A stretch of 64,000 nt of DNA from NCBI GenBank assembly GCA_965113315.1, contig OZ220365.1, one strand, 5' to 3'. The notes below the pieces were generated by a model. The model saw only the letters and a list, made by a program, of their open reading frames with translations. It was not told the DNA's origin and did no database searches. The stretch is from Podarcis vaucheri (Eukaryota). The translations under genes and the position numbers were made by a program. This document shows, in pieces, positions 63,515 to 64,000 of this stretch; within the stretch, counting starts at the first letter, position 1, and each line of letters opens with the position of its first letter.

Positions 63515-64000
63515 TCATGAAATTAAAAGATGCCTGCTTCTTGGGAGAAAAGCAATGACAAACCTAGACAGCATCTTAAAAAGCAGAGACATCGCCTTGC
63601 CAACAAAGGTCCATATAGTTAAAGCTATGACTTTCCCAGTAGTGATGTATGGAAGTGAGAGCTGGACCATAAAGAAGGCTGATCACCGAAGAATGGATGC
63701 TTTTGAATTCTGGTGCTGGAGGAGACTCTTGAGAGTCCCATGGACTGCAAGAAGATCAAACCTCTCCATTCTTAAGGAAATCAGCCCTGAGTGCTCACTG
63801 GAAGGACAGATCCTGAAGCTGAGGCTCCAATACTTTGGCCACCTCATGAGAAGAGAAGACTCCCTGGAAAAGACTCTGATGTTGGGAAAGATGGAGGGCA
63901 CAAGGAGAAGGGGACGACAGAGGACGAGATGGTGGGACAGTGTTCTTGAAGCTACCAGCATGAGTTTGACCAAACCGCGGGAGGCAGTGGAAGACAGGAG
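63515..64000 (+). mobile_element. RTE-BovB LINE fragment (runs off the window)
   Basis: GAAATTAAAAGATGCCTGCTTCTTGGGAGAAAAGCAATGACAAACCTAGACAGC.., and its 3' part is near-identical to 37921-38160. Confidence 0.93.

Noticed and set aside
1-64000. Remaining 60-170 aa ORFs in the six-frame track
   Set aside because: Many start at GTG/TTG, overlap TEs, microsatellites or N gaps, and show no recognisable domains. This is the expected background for vertebrate non-coding DNA.

Overview
Vertebrate genomic DNA, very likely a lacertid-type lizard, judged from the repeat content: Sauria/Squam1, Squam2-like and Squam3-like SINEs, BovB, CR1 with (ATTCTATG)n tails, L2, and Penelope fragments. The assembly has three short N gaps. 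I found no complete protein-coding gene. The window reads as intergenic or large-intron sequence, densely filled with transposable elements: LINE fragments (L2, CR1, RTE/BovB, RTE-X, L1), tRNA-derived SINEs, TA-flanked Tc1/mariner (Tigger/Tc2-like) MITEs, hAT MITEs with 8-bp TSDs, one solo LTR, and Penelope-like pseudo-LTR remnants. Almost all ORFs in the supplied track are spurious or TE-derived. The most notable signals are: (1) two minimal hammerhead ribozyme motifs on the minus strand, inside Penelope remnants; (2) a head-to-head pair of two different SINE variants inside a single TSD, possibly a two-template insertion; (3) a CR1 insertion that carries a perfect 97-bp copy of nearby DNA inside its TSD; (4) hAT MITEs with shared ends but unrelated GC-rich cargo; (5) a few splice-signal-supported exon candidates, including a possible first coding exon at about 17.78 kb. 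Family names come from recognising the sequence by eye, not from a database search.
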